A stretch of DNA of 64,000 nt, taken from Selaginella moellendorffii. Taxonomy: Eukaryota > Plantae > Lycopodiophyta. Position numbers and translations under genes: made by a program. Positions 22,505 through 33,627 of this stretch are shown piece by piece. Each line of letters starts with the position of its first letter. The stretch's first letter is position 1. The stretch lies in contig NW_003314295.1 of assembly GCF_000143415.4 (NCBI RefSeq), positions 995,038-1,059,037 of the forward strand, read 5' to 3'. The notes below the pieces were generated by a model, which saw only the letters and a list, made by a program, of their open reading frames with translations, had not been told where the DNA came from and searched no databases.

Positions 22505-23050
22505 CTAGGCTGCTGGTTTACTAGCACTGTGTTCTTCGTTTTGCTCGCCACCATTCTTGGCATCAGCGTCTAGCGATGGTGCTGTTGCCAATCCAGCAGG
22601 ATAAGAATCAGGCGGGACGGGATCGAGCGTCGAGGTCACGAGCAGCAGCTTCTCAAACGCGAGCTCAAACTTGTCGATGGTCGAGTAGATCTGGTCGGGC
22701 TCCAGCAGCAGCTCGCAGATTCTCTGGAGCGTGAAGGGCGCCGCGTCCTCGAACGAGGCGAGCTGGGCCGCGAGCTTCTTGAGGACACTGTAGACGGCCT
22801 TCTCGCCGTCGGCGCCATTTGCCTCATTGCTGGTGGGGGGAGCGCTGCTCGCGGTGTCGAGGTAGAGCCTCTTGACGACTTGGTTCAATCGAAACTGGAG
22901 GAGCTGCCTTAGGTGATGCCAATCGTGCCAGTACTTACCGCTCTTGGCGCTCATCGACACGATCCGCCGGAGCTCCGGAGTGAAGTCCATGGAGGATCCA
23001 TCGGCGCCGCTGCACAACGCGGCCAGTGAGGCATTGTCGTCCTCCCACAT
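22505..23050 (-). CDS. PP4R2: Protein phosphatase 4 regulatory subunit 2-like, 181 aa, intronless
   Basis: SAKSGKYWHDWHHLR, APFTLQRICELLLEP, Y....K...A.EK.LLVTS motifs. Confidence 0.9.
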   Translation of the reverse strand: MWEDDNASLAALCSGADGSSMDFTPELRRIVSMSAKSGKYWHDWHHLRQLLQFRLNQVVKRLYLDTASSAPPTSNEANGADGEKAVYSVLKKLAAQLASFEDAAPFTLQRICELLLEPDQIYSTIDKFELAFEKLLLVTSTLDPVPPDSYPAGLATAPSLDADAKNGGEQNEEHSASKPAA

Positions 23051-24236
23051 TGCTCAATCTTTAGGGTTCTTGGCTATGTTAATCAGTTAAGCTCTGAGAC
23101 AGTGATTAAAATAAAATAAAGTTCATTTGAAGTGCAAATTATGGATTATAAATTATTATTATTATTACTAATTTGTAAACTAATTAATATCTAAGATTAT
23201 GCTAATTCACTAATACTTCACTCCTGTCCATATCTATATTTATCTATGTGTTAAAGCATCAATTTGATAAATTTCATCCAAAAAACAAATTTGGCTCTAT
23301 CAGAATAATTTTTGCTCCAGGATTGCAATCCAAGGTGTGTGATCCTTGAGGGTAACAAGCACTACTAAAATCAATAAATCCTGTTTATAGAAAAAATAAA
23401 AAAATAAAAAAATATTTATTTAAAACACTCACTATAAGATTGTAGATCATTATGAACATAGTCCAAAAACATTTGAGTAATAAATGCACATTGTCCTTCA
23501 ATAATATTCAATTGAATACATCCCAACACTTAATCCAACACTAACAAATTCCAAATTATATAACATCTATAATCAAACATTTATTATACAAATCACACAA
23601 ATATATTATTATATTTACCTGAAGTTCATCAATAAACCTATCAATAATAGTTCATTCATAAAAATACAAGAATTTCAAAATACTTACAATACGTGTTTGT
23701 GAAAGGATTCCAGACCCAACTAAACCAAAATTAACACCTTGGAAGAATATTATTTCCAATTTTAAAATAAGCTTGTGGAAGTAGTAGTGCTACATAAACA
23801 AAAATAAAAAATGAAAATATTGTCAACAAGCAAATAACTATTACAAAATCTAATCACTTGACCATGAATCACTAGCATCTACAAAAGAATCTCCAAATGC
23901 AAATAATGCTCGAACTGAGGAATTTGTTTGCTAGGAAAACACAAAGTGTTGAAAAGCATAGAAATAAGAATGTAAAAGCCATTTCTTAGAATATATAAAA
24001 TGAAAATAACTGATGACTTGGTCTGCCTTTTATACTACAAAACCTTATAATTTTAGTGATCTAAAGATAAAAGAATCAATGGTGATAAGTCAATGGTTGG
24101 TGGTGGTGGTGACGCGCCACCTCCCAGTCAATAACAAGTGCATGCATTTTCTTCGAAGACACTCCGAGAAATTGTCAACACGGATCCTGACAGAATTTAA
24201 ATGTAAAGAGAGGAGGCAGCAAGAAGAGCAAGTACA

Positions 24237-24545
24237 ATGAAAATGATCCTCAAGCTCGTTCTTGTTTGCATTTTGTCAGGTAAGTTGTTGATGATTTTTT
24301 TGGTAACTTTGTGGAAATTCATGATATTGGTTGGATCAGCTGCTACTGCAGTGGAAATGGTAAGTTTTTTATCTTGTATTTCTCTTCCTGTCTCAGGAAT
24401 GCTTGCTCCTCTGAAGCAGGCTAGATTGGGAATTGAAACATCACAATGCCTGGAGTGCACGCCACCAGCTCAGATTGAAACAGCACAATGCCCGGAGTGC
24501 AGGCCACCAGTTAGACCCCCTCCAGGACCTGGAATCAATCCATGA
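24237..24545 (+). CDS. Small secreted Cys/Pro-rich peptide precursor (~62 aa; exons 24237-24279, 24340-24359, 24420-24545)
   Basis: Two GTAAG donors and CAG acceptors giving 60-nt introns; spliced product MKMILKLVLVCILSAATAVEMARLGIETSQCLECTPPAQIETAQCPECRPPVRPPPGPGINP*. Confidence 0.6.
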   Translation: MKMILKLVLVCILSGKLLMIFLVTLWKFMILVGSAATAVEMVSFLSCISLPVSGMLAPLKQARLGIETSQCLECTPPAQIETAQCPECRPPVRPPPGPGINP

Positions 24546-24613
24546 AACTTTCAAGAGAAAAAAACTTATCTTTGTAGAAAACTCTGGAGCTTTTGTTTAT
24601 GCGAACTCTCTAG

Positions 24614-25321
24614 CTAGAGACGAAACAAAGCGACCAAAGTCGTAAATAGCAAAACGAAGGTCCGACTGGTAGGAGGAGCGCGATACTCATCTGAGGAGAA
24701 GCTTGCAGAGGATGATGTCGAGTTCGTCGTCGTGGTGTCGCTCGAGCTGGAGTTGGAGTGCGTCGGAGCGCTGTCGTTCTTGGCGGCCCCGGCAGCGTCG
24801 CGCAGTGCGTAGGCCGGGTTGAGCACCCGGTCGATGCTGATAACACCCAGCGTCCCCGGGCTCTGGACGTTTCCCTGGATGATAGCAGGCTTCGTGAGCG
24901 AGCTCCGATTTGAGTCGACGATCCTCATGTCTCCTCTCGTGTCCACCGTTATGAGAAAGCTCCGGCGGGGCAGCAGCGTCTCGACACGGGTCGTGGAGTT
25001 GGACTTGAAGCGCTGGACGTCGAGATAGTCGCTGGTGGCATGGAACTTGCAAAGGTCGGACATGAGGTCCATCATCGACGGGTCCACTCTGAGCTGGAAG
25101 ATAAGGTCCCGCAGAAGCTTGCTGTTGTCCGGCACAAACAGGGTCGCGGATTCCATGTTGTCGATCACCTCCGCGACGGACGTCTCCGTGAGGAGCGTGT
25201 TGAAGTTGCTAAACTCGGGATAGTGGCTGAGAATGGTGGTGAGATTGCGTGGTAAGGCCACAACTTTGCTGCTGCTCCACACGGCAAAGACGTAGGCGAC
25301 GACGACGAGAATGGCAGCCAT
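24614..25321 (-). CDS. Fasciclin-like arabinogalactan protein (signal peptide, one FAS1 domain, Ser/Thr linker, GPI signal)
   Basis: NLTTILSHYPEFSNFNTLL..T, TLFVPDN (H1), VISIDRVLNP (H2), hydrophobic C-terminus. Confidence 0.88.
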   Translation of the reverse strand: MAAILVVVAYVFAVWSSSKVVALPRNLTTILSHYPEFSNFNTLLTETSVAEVIDNMESATLFVPDNSKLLRDLIFQLRVDPSMMDLMSDLCKFHATSDYLDVQRFKSNSTTRVETLLPRRSFLITVDTRGDMRIVDSNRSSLTKPAIIQGNVQSPGTLGVISIDRVLNPAYALRDAAGAAKNDSAPTHSNSSSSDTTTTNSTSSSASFSSDEYRAPPTSRTFVLLFTTLVALFRL

Positions 25322-25682
25322 GGTCCACCCGAGACCTGTTTCTTTTTGTTGTTTTGTTAGGTAACAACGAAATCGAGAAACTTACTTGGAGCATTCGCAA
25401 GCGGCACCGTCTCTGGATTCTCTGGGTCTGGAATTTATAAGTTTGTATTTGGCGGCAGATGGAAGGCCAAACATTGAGCTTCACCACGCCTCAACTTCTC
25501 GTGTGGCGGCTCTACAGCTTACTTGCCGAGAATATTGGAGCCACTCTCACCTATGCTTGACGCAGTTGCTAACTCCCACAAAAATACCACGCGTTCCTCC
25601 AACCAAGACAAGCTACCCTGATAAAAACAGCATATCAGAACAAATGACATAAGCAAAGATGAATGAAAAACATACCGAGCTC

Positions 25683-27539
25683 TTATATAGTGACAGCACC
25701 GACTCTACTCTCCAGTTCGTCAGTATCTCCAACCTCTTCGTTCGGGCCGTCGTTCTCATCAATTTCTTCTGCTTCGTCTTCTTCATCACCCAGCTCGTTA
25801 TCTTCCAAGGGAGCTAGCACTGAAGTTCCGACTCCGCTTGCAAGCACTGACCTGACAGAGGCCAATCCCTTCGCAGAGATATGGTTGGACTCCAGAATGA
25901 GTAGCTTAAAGCGCGGCTTGGTTGTCACGGCCTTGGCAGCAGCAATGGCACCATCACTTCCAACGTCATTTAGCGTGAAGTCCAGCTCCTCTAAGTCATC
26001 GTGGCCTTGTCTCAGAGCGTTCGAAACAAGAATCACACCTTTGTCTTTCAGTTCGTTCTCTGCTAGGCTCAGCTTCTTCAGTGCGGCCTTCTTCTCCAAG
26101 AAGCGCACGAGATGCGGTGCACAGCTCGTACTTATGTCGTTGTTTCCCAGGTCCAAAACGCTTAGCTTTGGAGCCGTGGTCTCTAGAGCCTCCAGCACTG
26201 CTTGCACCCCGGCATTTTGCAATCCCAAATCACTTAAGTAGAGCTCCTCGAGTAAAGGCTGGGTCCTAAAAGCTTTTCCGAGAGCAAAACCTCCCTCCTC
26301 CCCAAAGATGTTGTCTCTCAAGTCGAGTTTCTTCAAGCTCGAACAAGCCTGGAGAGCCTCCGCCAATGCTACTGCTCCCTTGGTACCCACTCTACTGGAG
26401 GAGAGCTTGAAGTCCTCCAAGGCAGTAGCCTGACGGACGAGGCTGGCAATCCTTTCAGCCCCGAGATCACCACTCATGTTGTTGTGGAAGTGAAGAGTCC
26501 GGAGCTTGCTGCCTGAAACAAGCTCCACGATTGCCTTTGCAGCATCCGATGAAATCCCGTTGTTCTCAAAGCGAAGGTCCTCGAGATGCTTCTGCGACTT
26601 CAGCAATGAACCAAACGCCCGGACACCTTTCTCCCCGAGAGCGTTGTTGGAGAGATAGAGAAACCTCAAGTCGCTGCCTTCGAGAGCCGCCGAGAAGATA
26701 GACATCACGTCCAAAGCCTCGGGCTCTGGTCTTCCAGCCACGATATCCGAGAGATCAGCCCCGACCAGCCTCTCCTTACACCTCGAGAGCAGTCTTCCAG
26801 CAAACTCCGCAGCTTCCTTCGTGAATGCCCGATTGCTCAAACGAACTTTCGTGAAACCATGATCAGGATCAACCAGCGGCTGGAACACCTCCTCGGCTTT
26901 TTCTCGATCGAGCACGTCCCTGCTTCCACCGGAGATATCGAAGAGCTGGGGATCAACTTTAGTAGCTAGCGGGGGAGTGGAAGCAGAATCTCCAGTATCT
27001 TCCATCACCTCTTTCACGGCAGTCGTCACGGAAGAGGCATCTTTTTCTTGCCCAGTACCATCGATGGCGGTTTGAGCTTCCTCGGCCTTTTCCTTCTCTT
27101 TCTCTGGAAGCTTACCCGTCTTGAGAACCTCGAGCATCATCCGGCTCGCTTGCTTGGCGTAGATCCTCACGGCAGAGCTGCCATTGTTCCTGCCGCTCCC
27201 AGAAACCCCGGATACTTCTTGATCCTCCCTCTCTCCCTCCTCGAAGGCGCGCTCCTCCACCAATGCCGCTACCCGGGCGGCCTCTTGCGGCTCCACCGGC
27301 TGATAGAATGTCGACAGAGACTTGAGATTCTCGGCCATGCGATTCACGACATGCGATCTTGTGCGCGCGCCCGGCGGCCATAGCCGTATCGAGACCTCGC
27401 TCGCCGCTCCTCCGGCTGCATTTTCTTGGAAATAAATCTCTGGCAAGAAGAATCGATCATCAAACTTACGCGATGGCTTGCTGCGCAGATCGCTGGAGGA
27501 CGCTTCCTTGGATGCCGGCACAACCGCCGGAGAAACCAT
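25683..27539 (-). CDS. RANGAP: Ran GTPase-activating protein (WPP domain, LRRs, acidic tail)
   Basis: SIRLWPP..RTR..VVNRM, DLSDIVAGRPE.EAL, LSNNALGEKGVRAF, FHNNMSGD.GA, acidic C-terminus. First ATG at 27539; a short in-frame intron near 27425-27469 is possible. Confidence 0.95.
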   Translation of the reverse strand: MVSPAVVPASKEASSSDLRSKPSRKFDDRFFLPEIYFQENAAGGAASEVSIRLWPPGARTRSHVVNRMAENLKSLSTFYQPVEPQEAARVAALVEERAFEEGEREDQEVSGVSGSGRNNGSSAVRIYAKQASRMMLEVLKTGKLPEKEKEKAEEAQTAIDGTGQEKDASSVTTAVKEVMEDTGDSASTPPLATKVDPQLFDISGGSRDVLDREKAEEVFQPLVDPDHGFTKVRLSNRAFTKEAAEFAGRLLSRCKERLVGADLSDIVAGRPEPEALDVMSIFSAALEGSDLRFLYLSNNALGEKGVRAFGSLLKSQKHLEDLRFENNGISSDAAKAIVELVSGSKLRTLHFHNNMSGDLGAERIASLVRQATALEDFKLSSSRVGTKGAVALAEALQACSSLKKLDLRDNIFGEEGGFALGKAFRTQPLLEELYLSDLGLQNAGVQAVLEALETTAPKLSVLDLGNNDISTSCAPHLVRFLEKKAALKKLSLAENELKDKGVILVSNALRQGHDDLEELDFTLNDVGSDGAIAAAKAVTTKPRFKLLILESNHISAKGLASVRSVLASGVGTSVLAPLEDNELGDEEDEAEEIDENDGPNEEVGDTDELESRVGAVTI

Positions 27540-27626
27540 CGCCAAGGCCCTAGAAGGAGAAAGCGCTCCCGCCGATAGAAATCTTAGGGCTCTTGGTGCA
27601 ATTTTAGGGTTCTCGGGTCAAAAATT

Positions 27627-28061
27627 TTACACAAACAAACTATCAAACTCGTCCAAGCTGGGAGCTTCTTTCTTGGAATCATAGATGACAACCGCTCTTC
27701 CCACCGGAGCTCTACCTAGAACTGGCTGAAATCCAGCGTCTGGTAAATCCCCCAAAGCCCATTGGCACTGAATTCGCACCGCCCGCCATATCTTGCCCCG
27801 ATCACTCGTGTTGCGGAGATGGAATACCTCGTCTGGCGCTTCCAGGCACCGGACGCATCCTGGAGCAGCAGCAACCATCACATTGACGATCGCAATCTTG
27901 GTTTGCCCTTGCTGCGCGTTTCGTGCTTGTAATCCAGCGTCGTCCCAGAGAACCACAAGGATCAAATCGTCGCGAAGAGCACGCCCCATTGCAACAAGGA
28001 CGTGATCCCTGAGCTCTCCACGAATTCCATGCCTCGCAAGCTCATCGCGCAAAGCAAGCAT
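27627..28061 (-). CDS. Hypothetical ~144-aa protein divergent from the PPR gene
   Basis: Open frame from ATG ~28061 immediately downstream of telo-box-like AAACCCT/TTAGGGTT motifs; no recognisable domain. Confidence 0.3.
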   Translation of the reverse strand: MLALRDELARHGIRGELRDHVLVAMGRALRDDLILVVLWDDAGLQARNAQQGQTKIAIVNVMVAAAPGCVRCLEAPDEVFHLRNTSDRGKIWRAVRIQCQWALGDLPDAGFQPVLGRAPVGRAVVIYDSKKEAPSLDEFDSLFV

Positions 28062-28111
28062 AAACCCTGAGCGAAGAACCCTAAAAATCCAAATTTTAGG
28101 GTTCTTGAGGC

Positions 28112-30053
28112 ATGGCGACGCTGGAGGATTCGCTCGCCGCGCAGATCCGCTGCTGCCGCCGCGGAGCTGGCTTAAACCAAGGCAAGTTGCTGCATTCTCG
28201 GATTTCCACCACAGGCCTTGATCGCCAGACTTACATTGGCAATCTTCTCGTCCAGATGTACGGGCGGCTGGGCAGCACCCGCGACGCGCGGACGGCATTC
28301 GATGCGATCTACCGGCGCAACGTTTTCTCCTGGAATCTCTTGATCGGCGCCTACTGCAGCAATTGCCGGCATGGCGAGGCGCTTGATCTCTTCCAGGCGA
28401 TGATCCGCGAGGCGGCAGTGGATCCCAATCACATCACCTACATCGGGGTCGTGAGCGCGTGCTCCTGGCTGGGTGATCTCGCGCGGGGTCGGGAGATCCA
28501 CGCGAGGATCGTCGCGGATGGGCTCGGCGATTCTCATGTGTTCTTGGAGAATTCTCTCATCACCATGTATGGGAGGTGTGGGAGCTTGGAGGAGGCCAGG
28601 GGGATTTTCCAGAGGATGGCGAAGAAGGATACCGGGTCTTGGAATGCCCTCATGGCCGCTTGCGTGGAGAATGGGAGAGAGGCCGAGGCTGTGGAGCTTT
28701 ACAGGGAGATGGACGTAGCAGCGGATGGAATCACTTTCACCACTGTTCTTGGCGCTTGCTCCAGATCGATCGCCGATGGACGAGACATCCACAGGGACAT
28801 CTGGGCGACGACGTTTCGATCGGATGCGTCGGTGACTACCGCGCTGGTGACGATGTATGGGAGGAATGGGAGCTTGGCCGAGGCAAGGGAGGTGTTTGAG
28901 AGGATCCGGGACAAGAATGTGGTGGCCTGGACGTCCATGATCGTGGCTTGCGTCCACAATGGAGCGTATGTGGAGGCGCTCACGCTCAAGAGACGGATGG
29001 ATCTGGAAGGGGTGAAAGCAAACTCCGTCACCTTTGCGTCCGCGCTTGATGCTTGCTCCGGGGCTGGCTCGCTGGCCGATGGAAGACTTCTCGAAAGTAG
29101 TTTAAGCGCTCAAGGACTCGAGCGTGATCTTGTGCTCGGGACCGCTCTCATCGACATGTATGGGAAGTGCGGGAAGCCGGACGATGCAGCGGCGGTGTTC
29201 GCGAATCTCAAGTTCAAGAGTTTGATCGCGTGGAACGCGATGATCGGGGCGTGGTCTCACAATGTCCGCGGGAGAGAGGCGATGCACTTGTTCTGTAGGA
29301 TGGACCAGGAAGGGATTCAGAAGGACAGGATCACTTACCTCAACATCCTCGAAGCTCTTGGTCATGGATCGTTTCTACGCGAAGCGAAGGTCATCCACGC
29401 TCGGATAGTTGCCTCGGGTCTAGACTCCGAGGTAGCCATCGGCAACGCGATCGTCAACATGTATGGCAAGGCCGGCAGCCTCGCCGCTGCGAAGCTCGCG
29501 TTTGATGGACTCAAGCTGCGGGACGTGGTTTCATGGACGAGTATCATCGCAGCTTACTCGCGACAGGGGAGGCACAGAGAAGTTCCGGCGCTGTCTTGCG
29601 AAATGCATCTAGAAGGAGTGAAAGCAAACGGGATTACGTTCGTGCACATCCTGCACGCCTTCAGCCATTCGGGACTCGTCAGAGAAGGCTGCCTTTGCTT
29701 TGCCTCGATGATGGTGGATCACGGACTTCATGCGACTCGTGAGCTCTGCGGCTGCATGGTCGATCTGCTGGGGAAAGCGGGATGGATTCTGGAGGCCCAG
29801 GACATGATCAACGCTATGCCTTTCCAGCCTGACGCTGTTTCCTGGACGAGCTTGCTCAACGCTTGTGTCATCCACTCGGAAGTTCCGGATCGAGCTCGAC
29901 ACGCCGCAGCCGGTGCATACAAGCTGGAAGACAAGGACTTTGGTGCTCCTTATGTCGCGCTTTCCAATCTCTACTTCACTCAGTCTTCATCTCAAGGTAC
30001 TTCTCTATCGTGTTCTTTTCTCTCTTTAACTTCTTCTTGCAGGATCATCGTGA
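28112..30053 (+). CDS. PLS-class pentatricopeptide repeat protein with E domain (organellar RNA editing factor)
   Basis: P/L/S repeats (NSLITMYGRCGSLEEAR..F, ..TF..VL.ACS) and E domain (CMVDLLGKAG...MPFQPDAVSW.SLL.AC..H, YVALSNLY). Probably ends via a short intron (29997-30042) at TGA 30051-30053; the unspliced ORF runs to 30262. Confidence 0.92.
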
Positions 30054-30093
30054 AATTCGATAGAGGCTACGCTATCCAGTCTCTACTTCACTC

Positions 30094-30255
30094 AGCCACG
30101 GATTCTCCACTTAGACCTCAGGTAAGAGTGATCCTGGGTCTCTCTCTCCTCAGTGGTCACGCTTGGGAAGTTCGATGCTCTATCACGAATGGGGCCTCCG
30201 GTTCTTCTCTCTTTCACGGGAATGGGAGAAATCCTTGGCTGGGACAAGAGGTAAC
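30094..30255 (+). pseudogene. Duplicated, deleted fragment of the FAD synthetase 5' exons
   Basis: Near-identical to 32369-32645 (GGATTCTCCAC..AGACCTCAGGTAAGAG; CAGTGGTC.CGCTTGGGAAGTTCGATG; TCACGAATGGGGCCTCCGGTT...GGGACAAGAGGTAAC). Confidence 0.85.
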
Positions 30256-31318
30256 GCGTTGAAATTTTTCTGGTTCTTACACAAGCGGGGCCATGACCAA
30301 GAGAAAGAAAAAGTTTCATGGTTTCATGACCAGGAGATGGAAAAGAAAAGAAAAAACGTACCAGAGGAATATAAATACAATGAGGGGTCTCTGTGTGGTT
30401 CTCACGACTTCTCAATTTAAGCACCAAATCTCTTTTAAGGAAAGGGATAAGGGATAACAAATTAGAGAGAGTGATCGGGGTGAGCCCCGATTTGCTCCAA
30501 ATCCCCACGTAAAAACAAACATATGCTACTTAATTTTAATTCTTGTGGGAGTGCCTCCTTAAGGAAGCGTTCCAAAAATTTTGATATGCCGCTATTATGT
30601 GGCCAGCACACGGTATTCTTTAGTAAAAGGCGAAAGAATAGTTCGCTTTGCGCTGACCACACGGCCTGTGTAATTTGCTTCACTTCTTCGATCGCTTTAT
30701 ATACTCATCCATAGGCTTGAAGCTAAGCTCCGGCATGTGGGATAACTCCACAAGCCCTAGGTCATCGTACACCCCTAGAAGCATATTCTCCGAATGGTTT
30801 TTCAAACATAATAGTGTTTTTTGTTTTTTTTTTTTTTAAAGAGGAGTCCCGAAGATCTTCAACGGATGAAGATTTTCAACGATTCACAATAATGGAGATC
30901 AAAATAGTCAGAATCTTTGGCCTGGAGAAGAGCCTCCTTGAACTGGGGACCCAGCCAGTCTTTCACAGGATGCTTTCTTTCGTCACACTGGCCTCTTGGT
31001 CCTCGAGATCTAGGAAGTAATTTCTTTTTCCTGCAAAAGGAAACAAGAAGAGTTGAATGCTGTACCACGCTGAATCTGTCATTGATGATATACATCAAGC
31101 TCGAAGGACCTCAGCGTGAAAGGCAATTAAGCAGCCACCGAAAGGCCACCTTGGCTTCCATGCCGCCTTCACTGGGAGCTTGGATCACTGTCACAACCTT
31201 GCACCCAGATGTTCTTCTGGCAGCTCACAGCGCGGAACCACTGCCATCGCTGGGAGCAGCATTCATCAGCTGGAGCACCTCCCATGAGTTCTATGGGAGG
31301 TTTTTTGTGTAAAAACAC

Positions 31319-31588
31319 ATGTTAAGTTTTTCGAGAGAAATGTTTGATCGTGTGGCACAGCGGGATCTTACGTCCTGGCTTGCATGCGCATATATTCAGG
31401 TTGGGCATATACAAGAAGCTAGGAAACTCTTTAGCAAGATGCCCGTGAAGACGTCCGTGGCATGGACGGCACTCTTTGGCGCCGGGGTAAAATCTGGAGG
31501 GATGAGAGAAGCGCAAGACATGTTCCTTAAGATGGAAATGCTTCGCCAATACCTGGTTTCACTCGATTTTTCATCCATCGCCGGATAG
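31319..31588 (+). pseudogene. PPR gene fragment (~2.5 S-type repeats)
   Basis: REMFDRVAQRDLTSW, YIQVGHIQEARKLFSKMP.K..VAWTAL. Confidence 0.7.
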
Positions 31589-32221
31589 AAGGTGAGACCC
31601 GAGTACTCTCCGCCGCTCCAGTCGCTACACCTTCTCCAGGTACTCCACATTTCTTCTCCATAGGCCATAGGATTGATTGATCTTCCACAATGAGCTCCTT
31701 GTGTTCTCCAAGGTTCATGTGTTTTTCATGCATGGCGATCGATCGCCCACTCGAGGCAGTGCCACTGCTGCTCCAGCCCCAGACTCACGAGAATTAAAGG
31801 TTTGAGATGAAGGCTATGAAAGTTTGGGAATCGATTGAGAGGGGTGGGAGCTTGGCGTATCGGGAGGAGCTCCTGTCATGTGTGTTCTCAGAAAGTTGGT
31901 TGAGCGCACCCGCAAAAAAGAATCCGGCAGGCTGGTCCTTGTGCTTCGCTGCTACTGAGAAAGGAAACTGTGTCGTGTGCTAGAAAAAACTATCTTCCTT
32001 AAAACTCTAACACCTCACTTTTACAATGCTTACTAAGCTCTGGCACGCTGTTCATAGGGATAAATTAAGGCTCGAAGGATTGGTTCCGTGTAAAATCTTC
32101 CACTTAGATTTTGGCGTTGGCAATATGTGGAAAGCAATAAGACTATTGCTTTTAGATCTTGTAATAAAAATATCCACATAGAAATTAGGGTTTAGGGCCA
32201 CCGTCCTTCTCTTTTAGGGCA

Positions 32222-33535
32222 ATGCAGTCCACTGCAAGGTGGAACGCGCCAAGCAGCCACCATATCCTCCTCACTGGAATTCTCGCCACAGGCACCGCCG
32301 CCATCTCCAGCAAGCGCCTAAAGCTTCACGTTGTCGCCTCCCAAGCGCCAGCTTCTCCTTCCTCGCAAGCCATGGATTCTCCACATAGACCTCAAGCCAT
32401 GGATTCTCCACAGAGACGTCAGGTAAGAGCTCTCTCACTGATCCTCTCTCTCTTTTGTTTCTTATTGCCATTGGATCTTAACAGGAGTCTGGCAAATTGG
32501 CAGGCTCAGTGGTCGCGCTTGGGAAGTTCGATGCCTTACACATTGGCCACCGATCTCTGGCCGAGCAAGCTTCACGAATGGGGCCTCCGGTTGTTCTCTC
32601 TTTCACGGGAATGGGAGAAATCCTTGGCTGGGACAAGAGGTAACTTGTTGCTGGAAATTCTTGTTGGTCCATATCAAGCTTGGAGTTTTTCTCTTCTCGC
32701 GCAGATTGCCAGTCGTTGCTCCCTGTGATCGAGCGCGAGTCATGCTCTTGTGGAGCGCTCAATGCTCGGGTCTAACTCCGGATGAATGCTCGCTCGAGTT
32801 TGGCAAAGTTCGTCATCTGAGTCCACAACAGTTTGTGGAGAAGCTGGCAGTGGAGCTCCGAGTGAAAGGCGTCGTCGCTGGTAAATAGCACTTGTCAGTT
32901 CTCCTTCCATCTCCAGAAAAATGAGATTCTTACCTGGTGCGTGCAAATTCACGACGTTGTTCGCAGGCGAGAACTACCGCTTTGGATACAAGGCAGCAGG
33001 GGACTCATCAGAGCTCAAGAAACTTTGCAAGGAATGGGGGCTGGACGTCTTTGTGGTGGAAGCTGTGATGGACAAGTTCGACCAAGCGCCATCGTCAGTG
33101 CAAGGCGATGCCAGAGACCGGGGTCAGGTGTCGTCGACCAGGGTAAGAAAAGCTCTAGCTGATGGTAACATGAAGAGAGTCACAAACTTGCTCGGGAGGA
33201 ACCACCGGTTGTTCATGACACTTGACAATGCAACGAGGATACAGATCGAGAGCGAAGAACAAGACCATGAAGAACAAAGAGAGAAACGAGTGCTCTACAA
33301 GGTACCTCTCTCAGACTCATGCAACCAGTATCCAGCACAGGGATCGTATCGTTGCAAGGTAGCGTTTCAGGGGCTGGGACAGCAACAACAGACCTGGAAT
33401 GGAAATGGTGGTGCGCTTGAGCGCTCCTGGGAATGCGATGTCGAGATAACAGAGGACGAAGCTAGAATCTGGGACTTGGAAACGCCAGAGAGCCTGGAAC
33501 GGCGACAGGGATTTGTGAGTATAGAATTCCGGTAG
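32222..33535 (+). CDS. Chloroplastic FAD synthetase (RibF FMN adenylyltransferase domain, no kinase domain seen), multi-exon
   Basis: Transit-peptide-like N-terminus; spliced [63 protein letters not shown]. Confidence 0.9.
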
Positions 33536-33627
33536 TAAAGTGACACTCTTACAAACTCTGGCGGTCCAGCGTGGCAGTGGGTTGTCCAGAGTGGCACTTC
33601 TAGTGGCACAGAGGCTCCACCATATCC

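Noticed and set aside
23100-24200. Transposon in the AT-rich intergenic block
   Set aside because: No TIRs, TSD or Helitron termini could be identified by eye.
30054-30262. DYW or other domain at the C-terminus of the 716-aa PPR ORF
   Set aside because: The extension derives from an intron-like tract and a duplicated FAD synthetase fragment; there is no HSE/CxxC/DYW motif.
30280-32200. Large inverted repeat or element flanking the PPR fragment
   Set aside because: Only weak patchy similarity between ~30600 and the reverse complement of ~31950; not enough to support a call.
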